DNA from: Octopus vulgaris
Taxonomy: Eukaryota
DNA length: 64,000 nt
Assembly (NCBI GenBank): GCA_951406725.2
Contig: OX597814.1
Span: 24,800,001-24,864,000, forward strand
Reading direction: 5' to 3'
Shown: piece after piece, positions 52,003 to 64,000 of the stretch
Layout: every line of letters starts with the position of its first letter
How positions within the stretch are numbered: position 1 is the stretch's first letter
The notes under the pieces: generated by a model
What the model was told of the DNA's origin: nothing
What the model saw: only the letters and a program-made list of their open reading frames with translations
Databases searched by the model: none
Translations under genes and position numbers: made by a program

Positions 52003-52360
52003 ATCTTTCTCCCCCCTCTCTCTCTCTCTCTCTCTTTCCATCTTTCTCCCCCCTCTCTCTCTCTTACCCTTTTTCTCCTCCTCCTCCTCCTTCTCTCTCT
52101 CCCTCTGCGTAGAACAAATGAAGTAGACGTATCTGATAATGTGGAAATCAACAGGTAAAACTGGTTCAATTATCTTTCGGCTTGTTCTGCACATACAAAC
52201 ATACACAAATGTGTATGTTTTAGTGTAAGGGCATCTAGTTGTAGAAAGCAATGAAAGAGCAGACATTTGAGCATGGTGGCATCCTTGCAAGATGATATTA
52301 AACAATGCACCCCCATGCCATCAAAAGTGAAAGACAGTAAATAATTACGAAAATACTGTG

Positions 52361-52780
<420 letters not shown>

Positions 52781-52829
52781 CGCACATTTACACTTGCACA
52801 TATCTAACTATGCACACACGCGCACATTA

Positions 52830-53950
52830 ATGCCCAAACTCAAGCAATCAAGGTTTTCAGAATTCAACAATACCATTATAACTAATATACACATTTCTGT
52901 ACATACATTGAACAAAATAATTATAGACGTCTCTAAAAAAAATACATCCCACAACCCTAATTACATACCAGAAATAGCTAGCCTCATAAAAACTACAGAC
53001 AACCTCAAACAATACACAAAAACTACACATAACCGAAATAAAAACTTAGCATCAAACAGCTAAACAAGGAAATAACAAAAAAATAATAAATAGAAACAGA
53101 ACATTGGGAAACATCTGTATCCAACATAAACCACAAAGCTAACAGTAAAACACTATGTAATTATCATCATCATCATCATCATCATCATTATCATCATCAT
53201 CATCGATAACAGTAAGGATCACACCACACTCTGTATCGGAATGATAACCTCAAATAATATCTCAACATTGTAACATAAAGAAATCGTCGATATTAACATT
53301 TCTTAAAAATCAACCACCAAAAAACTGCCCAGATAGGACATTAACACACAAAAAAAAATAGTTATCTATTACTTCGAACACTTCTGTTTATCAAACTCAG
53401 GAAAACAACACGGAAATATAAAATTGGAAAGCGTCAGAACCAGACAGAATCACAAATATGTGTCTAAAACACCTGAAGGAATCATTGCACTCACCAACGT
53501 CAAAAACACCTTGTATCAACACTATCGAAGTCCCTGAATGTAGATAGACTTACAACAATACTAAAGCTCAACTGAAATGGAAGTGAAGTAACACCATACA
53601 GATACAGCACGGTACTATGCATATGCGCAAAAATTGACATCACTAAATCACATATCCTCTTCTACAAAACAAAATCCATCAAGATTTTAGATCATTACAT
53701 TGAGCCATCGTACTACACCCAAACCAATGTAAAATATACATAGATAATACATGTTGGTCAAGTTAATAGAAATCATCTGCATGCACCATTCTAACTGCCA
53801 TCAACGTCAGCAGAATTTTTGATTCCATCTCCCGATATTCACTCATAAAATGTTAGTCAACGTTACCTTCAAAAGCAACACAAAATGTTGGACAGCAAAC
53901 TAGCTGTCAAGCTGCCAAGCCTATGTAATGCACAAGAAAAACACTTCCAC
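52830..53950 (+). mobile_element. Probable ancient Jockey/I-like LINE relic
   Basis: A/C-skewed strand with decayed peptide segments (WETSVSNINHKANSKTL). Weak. Confidence 0.3.
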
Positions 53951-56376
53951 AAATTCAATTTTCAGTAGATATACATACATACAGGCAGACATATGTGCAC
54001 ACAAACATATATAAACCTACAAATATAGAAAAATAAAAATGGATCTCCGTCAGTTTTAATGGCGAGTGCTCTAGTAGAACAATCATCTGAACTTTCGTTT
54101 AATAATAGTGTCACTGGATGAATATTCAACAAACGTGTATAATTTTAGCCTAAATTTCAACATCACTGCAACAGAATATTTGAGGAGACTTCTTTTGAAT
54201 TACATATAGAGTCCCTGGCGTGCTTCTATAGTTTCATACCAGGGGGCACAGTGAAACTTAACTACTTTTATTCTAACTTACAATCGATCAGAAATTTCTC
54301 TCAACCCAAGGTAAAAATGGACTCTCCCACTTCAGTATAATTTATACAACCTACTTTTTAAATTGGAACATTATCGAAATTTTATATCCTTTGTTCAACG
54401 TGTTATTCCTTCTTCGCTCCATTTCTGTTTAGTCTTTATTAATAAATAGCATACTAAATCCCATGATGATGAGACTCTTGCCCATTTACTTCTTTTTTCT
54501 TTCACTACTACGTCAGTGTATATTACACACCACTTTCTCCAAAATACACTCTCTTTTATCTATCTTTTGAAACATTTTCTCGTTTTCTTTATTTCTGCAC
54601 ACATTAATAAAAATCAGTGAATATCAGCAGCAAATAGTTTGAATTATTCCACTTCACAGAATTTCTGTTCCATTTCACCAAATACTTACATTTGTTCGAT
54701 TATCTCTGATTTTGAGTATTTCTATATCTTACCTCGTTTTTTTTTGTTTTTTTTTTTTGCAGCCAATACCACCAGTGACGAGGATATACAACACACTATT
54801 TTGAATTGCTTTGACTGGTTAGCAGGCACCAACACTCAAAAATTCAAATTATCTTTTACTCATCTCCAAACGAAGCCTTTACATAATCCTCACCGCCCTT
54901 GATCAAATCGGATGGCCTGCCAAATCAAGTAACAAAGTAAAAGATCTCATATTTCGTTTGGAATCAGTATCTTCACTTTTAAAGGCTCTATGATTTCAAA
55001 AGTGGGTATTAAGGTCTTAAGAAAGAATTTTGATAGTGAGATGATTGTCTACTGTCTTTACACAATCGCAACCCAGAAAATTGACAAAATTTTGGAGAAA
55101 TTTACATATTTCTTACAGAATTTGGATTTCTGATAAACATCGAAACCAACGTTAACAAAACTATTTGGACATATCCCTCGACCACAATATACCCGTAAAT
55201 GGAGGATCCTTTCAGGAGTCTTATAATGGCTACAAGCAACCCTGAAATTTATGTACAATGGAGAATTTAATCACCATATTTGCTAAAGAATTATCTAAAA
55301 TAACAGGCTGAAAAGAACGCTTGCTGAAATATGACCTCAAAACTTTACCTTCGTAACAAACTCAGAAACTTGTCAAATAGATAACTGGTTTTAAATTCTT
55401 AACATAGCTAACTTTGTCCATTAGGGTTTTAAGCCTTTTACCGAGTTCTGGCTATTCCTTTATGTATGTTTCTTCATAATTTGGTAACATTAAATTTATT
55501 CCATAGTTTATTTATTGAATTATTTAGCTATTCAATAACCACGTATTTGCAAGAACTATCTATTGTTACCTCCTTGTTAATACAATTTTTTTCAATCTAT
55601 TAAGTTAACATACTTCTCCCTAAATGCCTTCATCTGTCACTTCCTTTTCTCATTTCTATTTCCTACTGAGTTTACTAACATTTCATTTACATTCCTTCAT
55701 ATTATCCTCTATATTAAATTATAAACTTTCAGTGTTAGTATTTGTTTTTTTCATCATCGTTCTGTGTTCAAAATCCACCGAGGTCGACTTTGCCTTTCAT
55801 CCCTTTCGGGGTCTATAAAGTAAGTACCAGCTGAACATAGGGGTTGATGTAGTCGACTTCCATCCTCCCCATGCCCGTTGCTAAGGGGGTGCACTAGACG
55901 ACATTGCCCTCAACTGTTCAATAGTGTACTCTAAGATTTAGAAAAGGCAGTTTACAAAAATAGTTTGCAAAAATTAGTGTCCCCTCCCCCACTGAATATT
56001 CTGGAGCACTCTCAAATATCATGTCTGGCGAATGGCCTTGAAACTGTTGTGTACATATGGTTGTAATGCATGTGCCTGGTATACCCTTATCAAACGGGTA
56101 GTCATGATGATTATACTTGGCTTCGTATATTTTTCCTCAGTGTCACTTCGATGGCATGCCCTACTCTCTCACTCAATAAAAACAACAATAATAATAATAA
56201 TAATAACAAGATCAGACATTCTGAGAAGTAAAACAACATCAATAATGATAATTATTATTATTATTCATATACACTCAACAGTTTAAGACTGTTGGAAAAG
56301 AAAACAATCCTAACATCGGGCTACAACAAGTAGCCTTAGATGCCAAGAACCCTCCTATTGATTTACAGCAAGTAAC

Positions 56377-56684
56377 CTTAGATGCCAAGAACCATTCTAA
56401 GTATCTTAGCTGTCCCTAATAACACTGTTTTTTGCAGCTGTACTAAACTGGGTTTTATGCCTATTTCCTCTAACCATCTGTTCAGATCTTTCGGGATTGT
56501 TTCCAATGTACCAATAACTGCCGGGATATATTTTGCCCACATTTTCCATAGTCTCTGTAATTCAATAGCTATGTCCTGGGTCTTTGCTATTATTATTATG
56601 ATTGTTATTATTATTTAAGACATCACACAGTATCCAAGATTTTGTCTGTCAAGTCACAAATACCTCAGACTGACAGTAATAATA

Positions 56685-56719
<35 letters not shown>

Positions 56720-57415
56720 TATTATTATTATTACTATTATTACTTTATTGTCTTTGAACAGCTTCTAACACTGGAGATGTTTTATGGTAGCACCCCTTAT
56801 TTTTCGAGCACTATCCGGAGTATCTGAGTGTTTTCAGGCAGTGTTGTTTTCTGCAAGTGCTCCACCCTTATTGTAGCCCCTATTTGTTCCATGTATTCTC
56901 AAGATTTTTACTCACTGTTCCCAGCGCTCCGTGACCACAACTGCTTAATTTCCCAAGCTAGTCTGTTATATCAATTAACTTTTCTTTCTTATCGCATACC
57001 TTTTTTGTCAGCTGGGTATGTTATATCTATGATCCAGCATAGTTAGCTTTCTTTCTCAATTAACACTATGTCTGGTTTCCTATTCTCTATCTCATGGTCG
57101 CACTGTATTATAAAATCCCATAGGATATTTGCATTATCATTTTTGATGATGTCTTTTGAGCTTATGTTCATACCACTTTTTTACTCTGTCCACAAATTCT
57201 GCTATTATCATTTTCTGATGTTTTATCTATTCTGTATTTGATGTAATTAGATCTTAATGCTTGCTCTTGGGCAGCACAAATTAGAGCCTCCATTTCCGGT
57301 TTTAGATCACTTTTAGTCATCCATAGCCATCTTTTTTTCTCTGACTGTCTTATCTTCAACATCCCTATCAAATTGTTCATGCATTCTTTTCTTTATCCAC
57401 CTATTTTCAGTTTCT
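56377..57415 (-). mobile_element. Two RLE-type LINE 3' fragments (56377-56580 and 56752-57415) among (AAT)n tracts
   Basis: Encode EALICAAQEQALRSNYIK, ILWDFIIQCDHEIENRKPDIVL and LQKTVLLGTAKILRMVL. Confidence 0.85.
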
Positions 57416-57469
57416 AAGAACAATACTTTTTTCCCTGTTCAGACATTCAAAATGATCATCTTTAGTGAA

Positions 57470-57730
57470 TATTAAAACTTTAATATCTACAATTTTCTGT
57501 GAAAATTTTACCCTCCTTTTCTTTCCTTTCCTTTTTCCCTGATTATTCGAAAATGTAAACATCCTTTTTATTGCAAAAACACTACAGTCTTCTCTAATCA
57601 GACAATCAAACGAACATCTCTAGAAAATTAAAAAAACTTTAATATCTACAATTTTGTGTGAAAATTTTATCTTTCTTTTCTTCCTGGCTACCCGAATATA
57701 TAAACATACCTTTTATTGCAACAACACAAT
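57470..57730 (+). repeat. Diverged local duplication (about 160-bp period)
   Basis: aaaactttaatatctacaatttt.tgtgaaaatttta...taaacat.c.ttttattgcaa.aacac occurs twice. Confidence 0.8.
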
Positions 57731-57889
57731 TAAATGCACAAAATTTTTTTTCATTTAATGAGATAAGCACCTGCCAATATATATACAAACTGCACAATTA
57801 CAAAAACTGTAAACTATAGCAAAACTTATGGAAAGAAAAGAAAAAAATTCCGAAATTCAAAAATTCAATATTGTGAACATCTGTATATA

Positions 57890-58243
57890 TCTATTATATA
57901 AAATCCATTCTGTCTGAGTGTGTGTCTTCTAGGATCACGGGTATTCTCCATCCGATTGCGCTCAAATTTGATATGTAGATACCGACGGAATCAGGGCGTG
58001 TATAAGTCTTACAAAAATTACAAAAATCGCTTCCAGGTGAGAATGCGATCGATAAAGCATTCTTTGGAATAGAACAAAGTCTATCTTTATTTCTTCTTTT
58101 GCTGATGTCTCAAATTTAGGTTAAATCAGTGTTTCTCAAAGAGGAGGGCTATGGGATGGTCGGACAAGTTGTTTTGAGAAAATTTGGTTTAAATGTTTGA
58201 CAACTCAGCACCGTCCTTTGGATGCGGGGATGCGCTTTGCTCG
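57890..58243 (+). mobile_element. Non-autonomous Helitron family A, short form
   Basis: A|TC start, hairpin ccgtcctttggatgcgg and CTCG|T end. Lacks the ~200-bp block present at about 2453-2652. Confidence 0.65.
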
Positions 58244-58257
58244 TGTATATATATATA

Positions 58258-58880
58258 TCAATATCTATAAATCTGAAGTGCGAAAAGTTTGTTTGTCTGG
58301 TTTTGGCATTGGAACGGGTTAAAGGGCACTAGATCCCGTCGGATTGGCTCCAAAATTTACAGAGACATGTAAAATGAGGTGAGGATGTCAGTGGGCTAGC
58401 TTAGAAAGCCCTATCTAAAAAGGTGTATTTACTAGGGCAAAAAAAACGCACAGTTTGACAAGTCTGCTCCCATTCTCTTATCTGCCTCTCTTCCTCCGTC
58501 TTTCTCTGTTTCCTCCCTTCCCATCACTTTCTCTCTTTAACGTCGCTTGACAGCGTCTACTATCTTCCCCCGCCACCTTCGCCAGCGCTGTCACTCACTC
58601 TCTCTCTACGTCTGTCTGCATTCATAGAGAGAATTATCATCGCCACATCCACCGCACAATCATGGGAACAAATATTATGAATCAGATATTTATTGGGTTA
58701 ATTTATATGTGTGTGTGTGTTCTATATATAAGTATGTATATATAATGTATATATACAAAGTGTATATATCTATATATATATATTTATATATATATACATA
58801 ATTTGTATACATTTGTATATATAATGCGTACACATACACACACACACATATATATATATATATATGATGCGTATATATGT

Positions 58881-58955
<75 letters not shown>

Positions 58956-59826
58956 GTGTGCATTATGTGGTCGGTTGAGCTGAAAATATGCACACCTATG
59001 TTAAAAGTGCTGGCGAGTTTGCATGGCAACTATTTTTTACCTCAAAATTCCTCATCTTATAAATTGTAGCCTGAGTAAACCAGAAGGAAATCGAGTTATA
59101 TTAACCAACATGTGAAAAGGGATCTAAGTGGGGCTGGAAGGGAATTCAAATTTACAGGAGTGGGTGTTTAAGAATTTTCTATTACATCAAGCTAAAGAGT
59201 TTGCGCCAGCCTTTAAATCGTCAATGTGTTGCCGTCCATGATGAAGAAGTTTTGAATGCTTGCCATAGTGAGTCTACTGTCGTGAGAAAGAATCACTTCA
59301 AAACTTGGTGTTTAGGAATTTTCTTTTACATCAAGTTCAAAATTTTACGCCAGCTGTTAAACTGCCACTACATTGCTGTCCGTCGTTAAGAAATGCCAGC
59401 CATGGTGACTCTACTATCCTCAGATTCTATCCCTTCAAACTTTGGTTTCCAATATTTTTTAATTTTTATTCAGCTTGCAAGTTCGTCTATCCCTTTTAAA
59501 TGTTAGTGTTTTGCTGTCTGCCTTGAAGCAGACCTTTCCGTTGTCACTGCCTGATATTTATGATTGATCTTTCAAAATATTTTATTTCTCAACTTACACA
59601 AGATCTTTTGTTGTTTATAAATGGGAGACAGATAGATAGGGGAAGATAGAGAGTAAGAGAAAGCGAAGGAGAGTCCGAGAGAAAGGAAGAGTAAGAGAGT
59701 GGGAAAGTGAGAGAGAAAGGAGAGAGACACAAAGAGGGAGAATGTGGTGATAAAAAACAGAAAGGAAGCAACAGCAAGTAACAACCACACTCTTACCTGT
59801 GCATAGAGCGGGTCACCTTGAGCTAG
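58258..59826 (+). mobile_element. Non-autonomous Helitron family B (about 1.57 kb)
   Basis: A|TC start (tcaatatctataaatctgaag), a GTTT/GTCT tract, subterminal hairpin acctgtgcatagagcgggt and CTAG|T end at 59823-59826. Confidence 0.6.
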
Positions 59827-60201
59827 TCAGTAATTAAAAATAGAACAAGGTGAATTGGTTCTTTGCAAGGTCAAAGTCAGCACTTTCATTGATAGCTGGT
59901 TGTAGTAAACACATTTGACCTCTGCTAACCTCAATAGTGTGAGGCCTCTTTTGTCTCCTTATTGCATAGCCCCTGAATAAGAGTTGTTTAAAGATGTTCA
60001 ACAAAATACCCATGTTTCTAGAGACTTGAATGCCCATTGCTGATCTCCTCACCATCTGCTGAATGCATTTACAGACCTGTAGAATTTTGGTCTACTCATT
60101 ATGCTGCTTCCCTTCCTCCTACTATTCCCTTGAACTCTTACATATTAATAGTTATCTCAAGTACAAGACAAAAGTTGAAACTAAACATTTAATAATACCA
60201 T

Positions 60202-60251
<50 letters not shown>

Positions 60252-61562
60252 CATTTAGCTAAAGCTCATGCAGGATCAGATGAAATATTAACAATGACAA
60301 ATAGTAAAAAAATGAAAATAATAATATCAGTGATGATAATAATAATAATGATAGGAAGCAGTTGGAATCTTTTCATGCCCTGATTGATGATACTTCTAGT
60401 GATGGTAACATTCTGACAAATGGTAACTTGAAATCTGAATAACAGTTTGTGTGCTCCAGCATGGCTGCAGTCAAATGATTGAAACAAATAAAAGAATACA
60501 TATATATATGTGTGTGTGTGTATATATATATATAAAGAGAGAGTTGTAAATGCCTGTATGTTTTGTGGTTCCCTCTCAAGACATTGAATGATAATGGTAA
60601 ATGAGCATCGCCAGCATAGAAGCAGAGACCCTTATTTCCAACCAATTGTGAAAACATTGCCTGGCTATGAGGAAATATATTTTCTTGGAAACAGGTAGGT
60701 CATATGGCTGTTTAAAACCTGCTCCAATGAATTCTTTCTGACCCACACAAGCATGGTAAAGTGGTTGTTAATATGATGATGGTGATGACGACAATGATGA
60801 CAATGATGATAATGATGATAATGATGATGATGATGACGATGGCGATGATGACAACTTTCGTATTTCTTTCTTTCTAAGTGCATATTGCAAATCAATGCCT
60901 AGCTAGTTGCTATATATGGCAGCCATGAGGCTCTTTTACCTATACTGAACTGCAGAGCAATAAAATGAGGCTCTGCTAGAATATTGATGGACCAACTTTT
61001 ATTTTTGTTTAGTTTTTTTACCTCCTTTTACTCTCCCCAACTTTTTTTTTTATCTTCCTTATCACAGCTCAAATTAAAATCTAGTGGCCTTCATTGACTA
61101 TAGGAATAGTACTAAAATAAATTGATAGCCTCTGTGTGAAGGTTTCTATTGCCACACATCAAACATTATGGACATTTTCCAAGCCATCAAGTTATATGGA
61201 AATAACTTAATGTGATAAATCTGATCAATACGTAGATCAGATTTGGTGGAATTTATCATAATACACTTTAGCTAAATAGATGCAAAACCATTGCTAACAT
61301 TTACATCAATCAAGACCCACTCTTCTTATTAAATAGCATATTTTATTCATTGATTTAAAGTGCAACAAAGAGAAATCTGTTATTAAAATTTTGTTTTTAA
61401 TTATACATTTTTGTCTAAATCCGTTGTGTACTCAAATGTTATTGATACAATATCCAAACACACTATTGTTATCAAATATAAACTTAAATGAAAACATATT
61501 TTTTTTGTTAGTAATATTTCACAGGATTTCTGAAATATGATGTTTTCCTTAAATCAGCACAT

Positions 61563-61773
61563 TCTCTTACATTTTTACTTGTTTCAGTCATTTGAATGCG
61601 ACCATGCTGGAGCAACACCTTTAGTCGAGCAAATTGACCCCAGGATTTATTCTTTGTAAGCTTAGTACTTATTCTATCAGTCTCTTTTGCCGAACCGCTA
61701 AGTTACGGTGACGTAAACATACCAGCATCAGTTGTCAAGCGATGTTGGTGGGGGGAGGACAAACACAGACACA

Positions 61774-61843
<70 letters not shown>

Positions 61844-62009
61844 TATGACAGTCTTCTTTCAGTTTCTGTCTACCAAACCCACTCACAAGGCTTTGGTCGA
61901 CCCGAGACTATAGTAGAAGACATTTGCTCAAGGTGCCACGCAGTGGGACTGAACACAGAACCATGTGGTTGGTAAACAAGCTACTTACCACACAGCTACT
62001 CTTATGCCT
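61563..62009 (-). mobile_element. CORE-like SINE family 1
   Basis: Reverse complement of 17683-18101. Confidence 0.87.
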
Positions 62010-62928
62010 ACATTGTTAGCGCTTAATATCCAAAAATTTTCTTTCTTTTTTTTCTTTCGCTTCCTCCACTCTTCTGTCTTTTGTTCCAGTTTCTCATACC
62101 ATGAATATAACCACATACGCCTTCTAATTCATTCTGTGTTGTAATTGTTGGCAATAGCTAAGCAGCAAAGCATTTTATCCAAAAGAAGAAGTCCAACTGT
62201 TTTCACAGATTTGTGCATTTTTTTATTCAACATAGTTTTATACATACATACATACATACAATCATACAAATTTGTACAAAAACATAGAAATACTCAGTTT
62301 CATGGAAAAAGAGCAAAAGAAACTGTCACAGATTCTTCAAATCCAATCTATTGGTGGCACAGTGAAGATTTGCAAGACTTTCCAAAAATTCTCTCTCTGA
62401 GATTCTCATGTGAATAGATGCACCCACTTGGGTGTATACCTAAACAGTTCGACCAAGACACCAGCTCAACCACATATTTACAAATGCTGAGAACTCTTAA
62501 CTAATAAAATCATGTTGCTTTATTAGCAACCAGCTTGAACTCTCTCAAAAAGAACTCAAATTAAACTCAAAGAAAAATCATACATACATTCAAAACCTCT
62601 AGCTTCTATATCTATATTATAAATTCACATTTATATCAATAATAATTGCTGCACTTGGTTTTATGAGGAAATGCTTAAAAGATAACCTGGATAAGCTAGG
62701 GTTTTCAGAAAAAGTAATCAACCAATTCACACATTACAAGTACAATTCATAAGTGTGACAGTAAAAATATACAAGACTTACCTAAAGTTTAAAATGCGAC
62801 ATTGTTTTTATTATCGTTATTCCAGTGATAAAGCTTTGTATCTTTATAATAAACCAGCTCCTTCTCCAGAGGAAGAATCCAAGTAAGTAAGAATAGAAGA
62901 GTACGTTTATATATACATACATTCATTC

Positions 62929-62976
<48 letters not shown>

Positions 62977-62986
62977 TTATATATAC

Positions 62987-63127
62987 AAAATTTAGAGGAC
63001 TGACCACTAAAGTGGACAGGCTATATGCTAAACATAGACGTCAAATCATCATTACCATGGTAATGCCAATTTGACGTCTATGTTTAGCATATAGCCTGTC
63101 ACTTTAGTGGTCAGTCCTCTAAATTTT
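62987..63127. repeat. Near-perfect 141-bp palindrome
   Basis: Centred on cattaccatggtaatg; one 3-nt mismatch and one 1-nt bulge across 70-bp arms. Confidence 0.95.
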
Positions 63128-63221
63128 ATATGTAACACAATATTTTAATCTTCGGATTTTTTAAATATGCTAAACCACTGGTTTAATTGATTAATATCAA
63201 TTTCTACCTTTATTATTTAAT

Positions 63222-63970
63222 TGTGTGTGAAAAAGTGCCAATCCCTAGCAGTGGAGGGAACCTGTAGAAGAGGTAGACCCAGGAAAACTTGGGACGAGGT
63301 GGTGAAGCACGACCTCTGAACATTAGGTTTCACTGAGGAAATGACCAGCGACCGAGACCTTTGGAAATATGCTGTGCGTGAAAAGACCAGGCAGGACAAG
63401 TGAGTCCAGCCCACTTATGCATGCCTTTCCTCCCTTGGATACACAAAGACCTGTTGAGGCAAGCGAAGTCGATATCGAACCTCATCCGATGACAGGCACC
63501 TATGCTTACGAAGACCTGTTGGGGCAAGTGAAATCAAAATTGAACCAATCCTATGACTGGCACCCGGCAGATGCCAGGACCCCTGGACTGGAGATACGTA
63601 AAAAGCACTATCCGAATCGTGGCCGATGCCAGCGTCGCCTCGACTGGCTTCCGTGTCGGTGGCACATAAAAAGCACCACCCAAATCGTGGCTGAAGCCAG
63701 TGCCACCTCAACTGGCTTCCGTGCAGGTGGCACGTAAAATGCACCAATCCGACCATGGCCGATACCAGCCTTGCCTGGCACCAGTGCAGGTGGCACGTAA
63801 AAAGCACCCACTACACTCACAGAGTGGTTGGCGTTAGGATGAACATCCAGCTGTAGAAACATTGCCAGATAAGACCGGAGCCTGGTGCAGTCTTCTGGCT
63901 TCCCAGATCCCCGGTCGAATCGTCCAACCCATGCTAGCATGGAGAACGGGCGTTAAACGATGATGATGAT
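63222..63970 (+). mobile_element. 5'-truncated RTE LINE 3' end
   Basis: Encodes [27 protein letters not shown]. The 3'UTR has about 3 diverged repeat units, then ccatgctagcatgg and (GAT)n. Confidence 0.92.
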
Positions 63971-64000
63971 GTGTATATATATTTATATATATATATATAT

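Larger units (their letters stand above)
51019..52137. mobile_element. Foldback element with ~250-330 bp inverted arms
   Basis: 51019-51268 is the reverse complement of 51810-52137 (e.g. gtctacttcatatgttctacgcagaggga / tccctctgcgtagaacaaatgaagtagac and gtgagttccagataact / agttatctggaactcac), including the GA/CT tracts. Confidence 0.85.

Noticed and set aside
59834-60075. Minus-strand 73-aa ORF as a terminal exon
   Set aside because: No recognisable homology; the plus strand reads RDLNAH, more consistent with a decayed LINE AP endonuclease.
62826-62882. Candidate plus-strand exon DKALYLYNKPAPSPEEES with a GTAAGT donor
   Set aside because: It is isolated, a competing minus-strand donor lies nearby, and there is no partner exon or homology.

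Overview
This is AT-rich, microsatellite-dense animal genomic DNA. The SINE and LINE families look like those of Octopus (inference from recognised repeat sequences; no database was searched). No host protein-coding gene is recognisable, although a tentative chain of small + strand exons lies at 10.5-22.9 kb. The window is a mosaic of repeats: many 5'-truncated RTE-clade LINEs ending in (GAT)n (one, 27053-28926, keeps an open RT C-half with an inserted PHD-type finger and a 6 x 63-bp 3'UTR array), RLE-type (R4/Dong-like) LINE relics, four tRNA-derived SINE families, three decayed Gypsy relics and non-autonomous Helitrons. There are three highlights. (1) A very young 2.78-kb non-coding LTR element at 46153-48929 has 613-bp LTRs, a perfect tRNA-Trp PBS, a PPT and a TTAT TSD, and it splits a LINE RT. 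(2) Three minimal type I hammerhead ribozyme motifs cluster at 50.9-51.7 kb: one in a tRNA-headed SINE, two in tandem inside the loop of a ~1.1-kb foldback element. (3) There are long near-perfect palindromes and an apparent CpG-poor / CpG-rich / CpG-poor domain structure. Identities and alignments were judged by eye.
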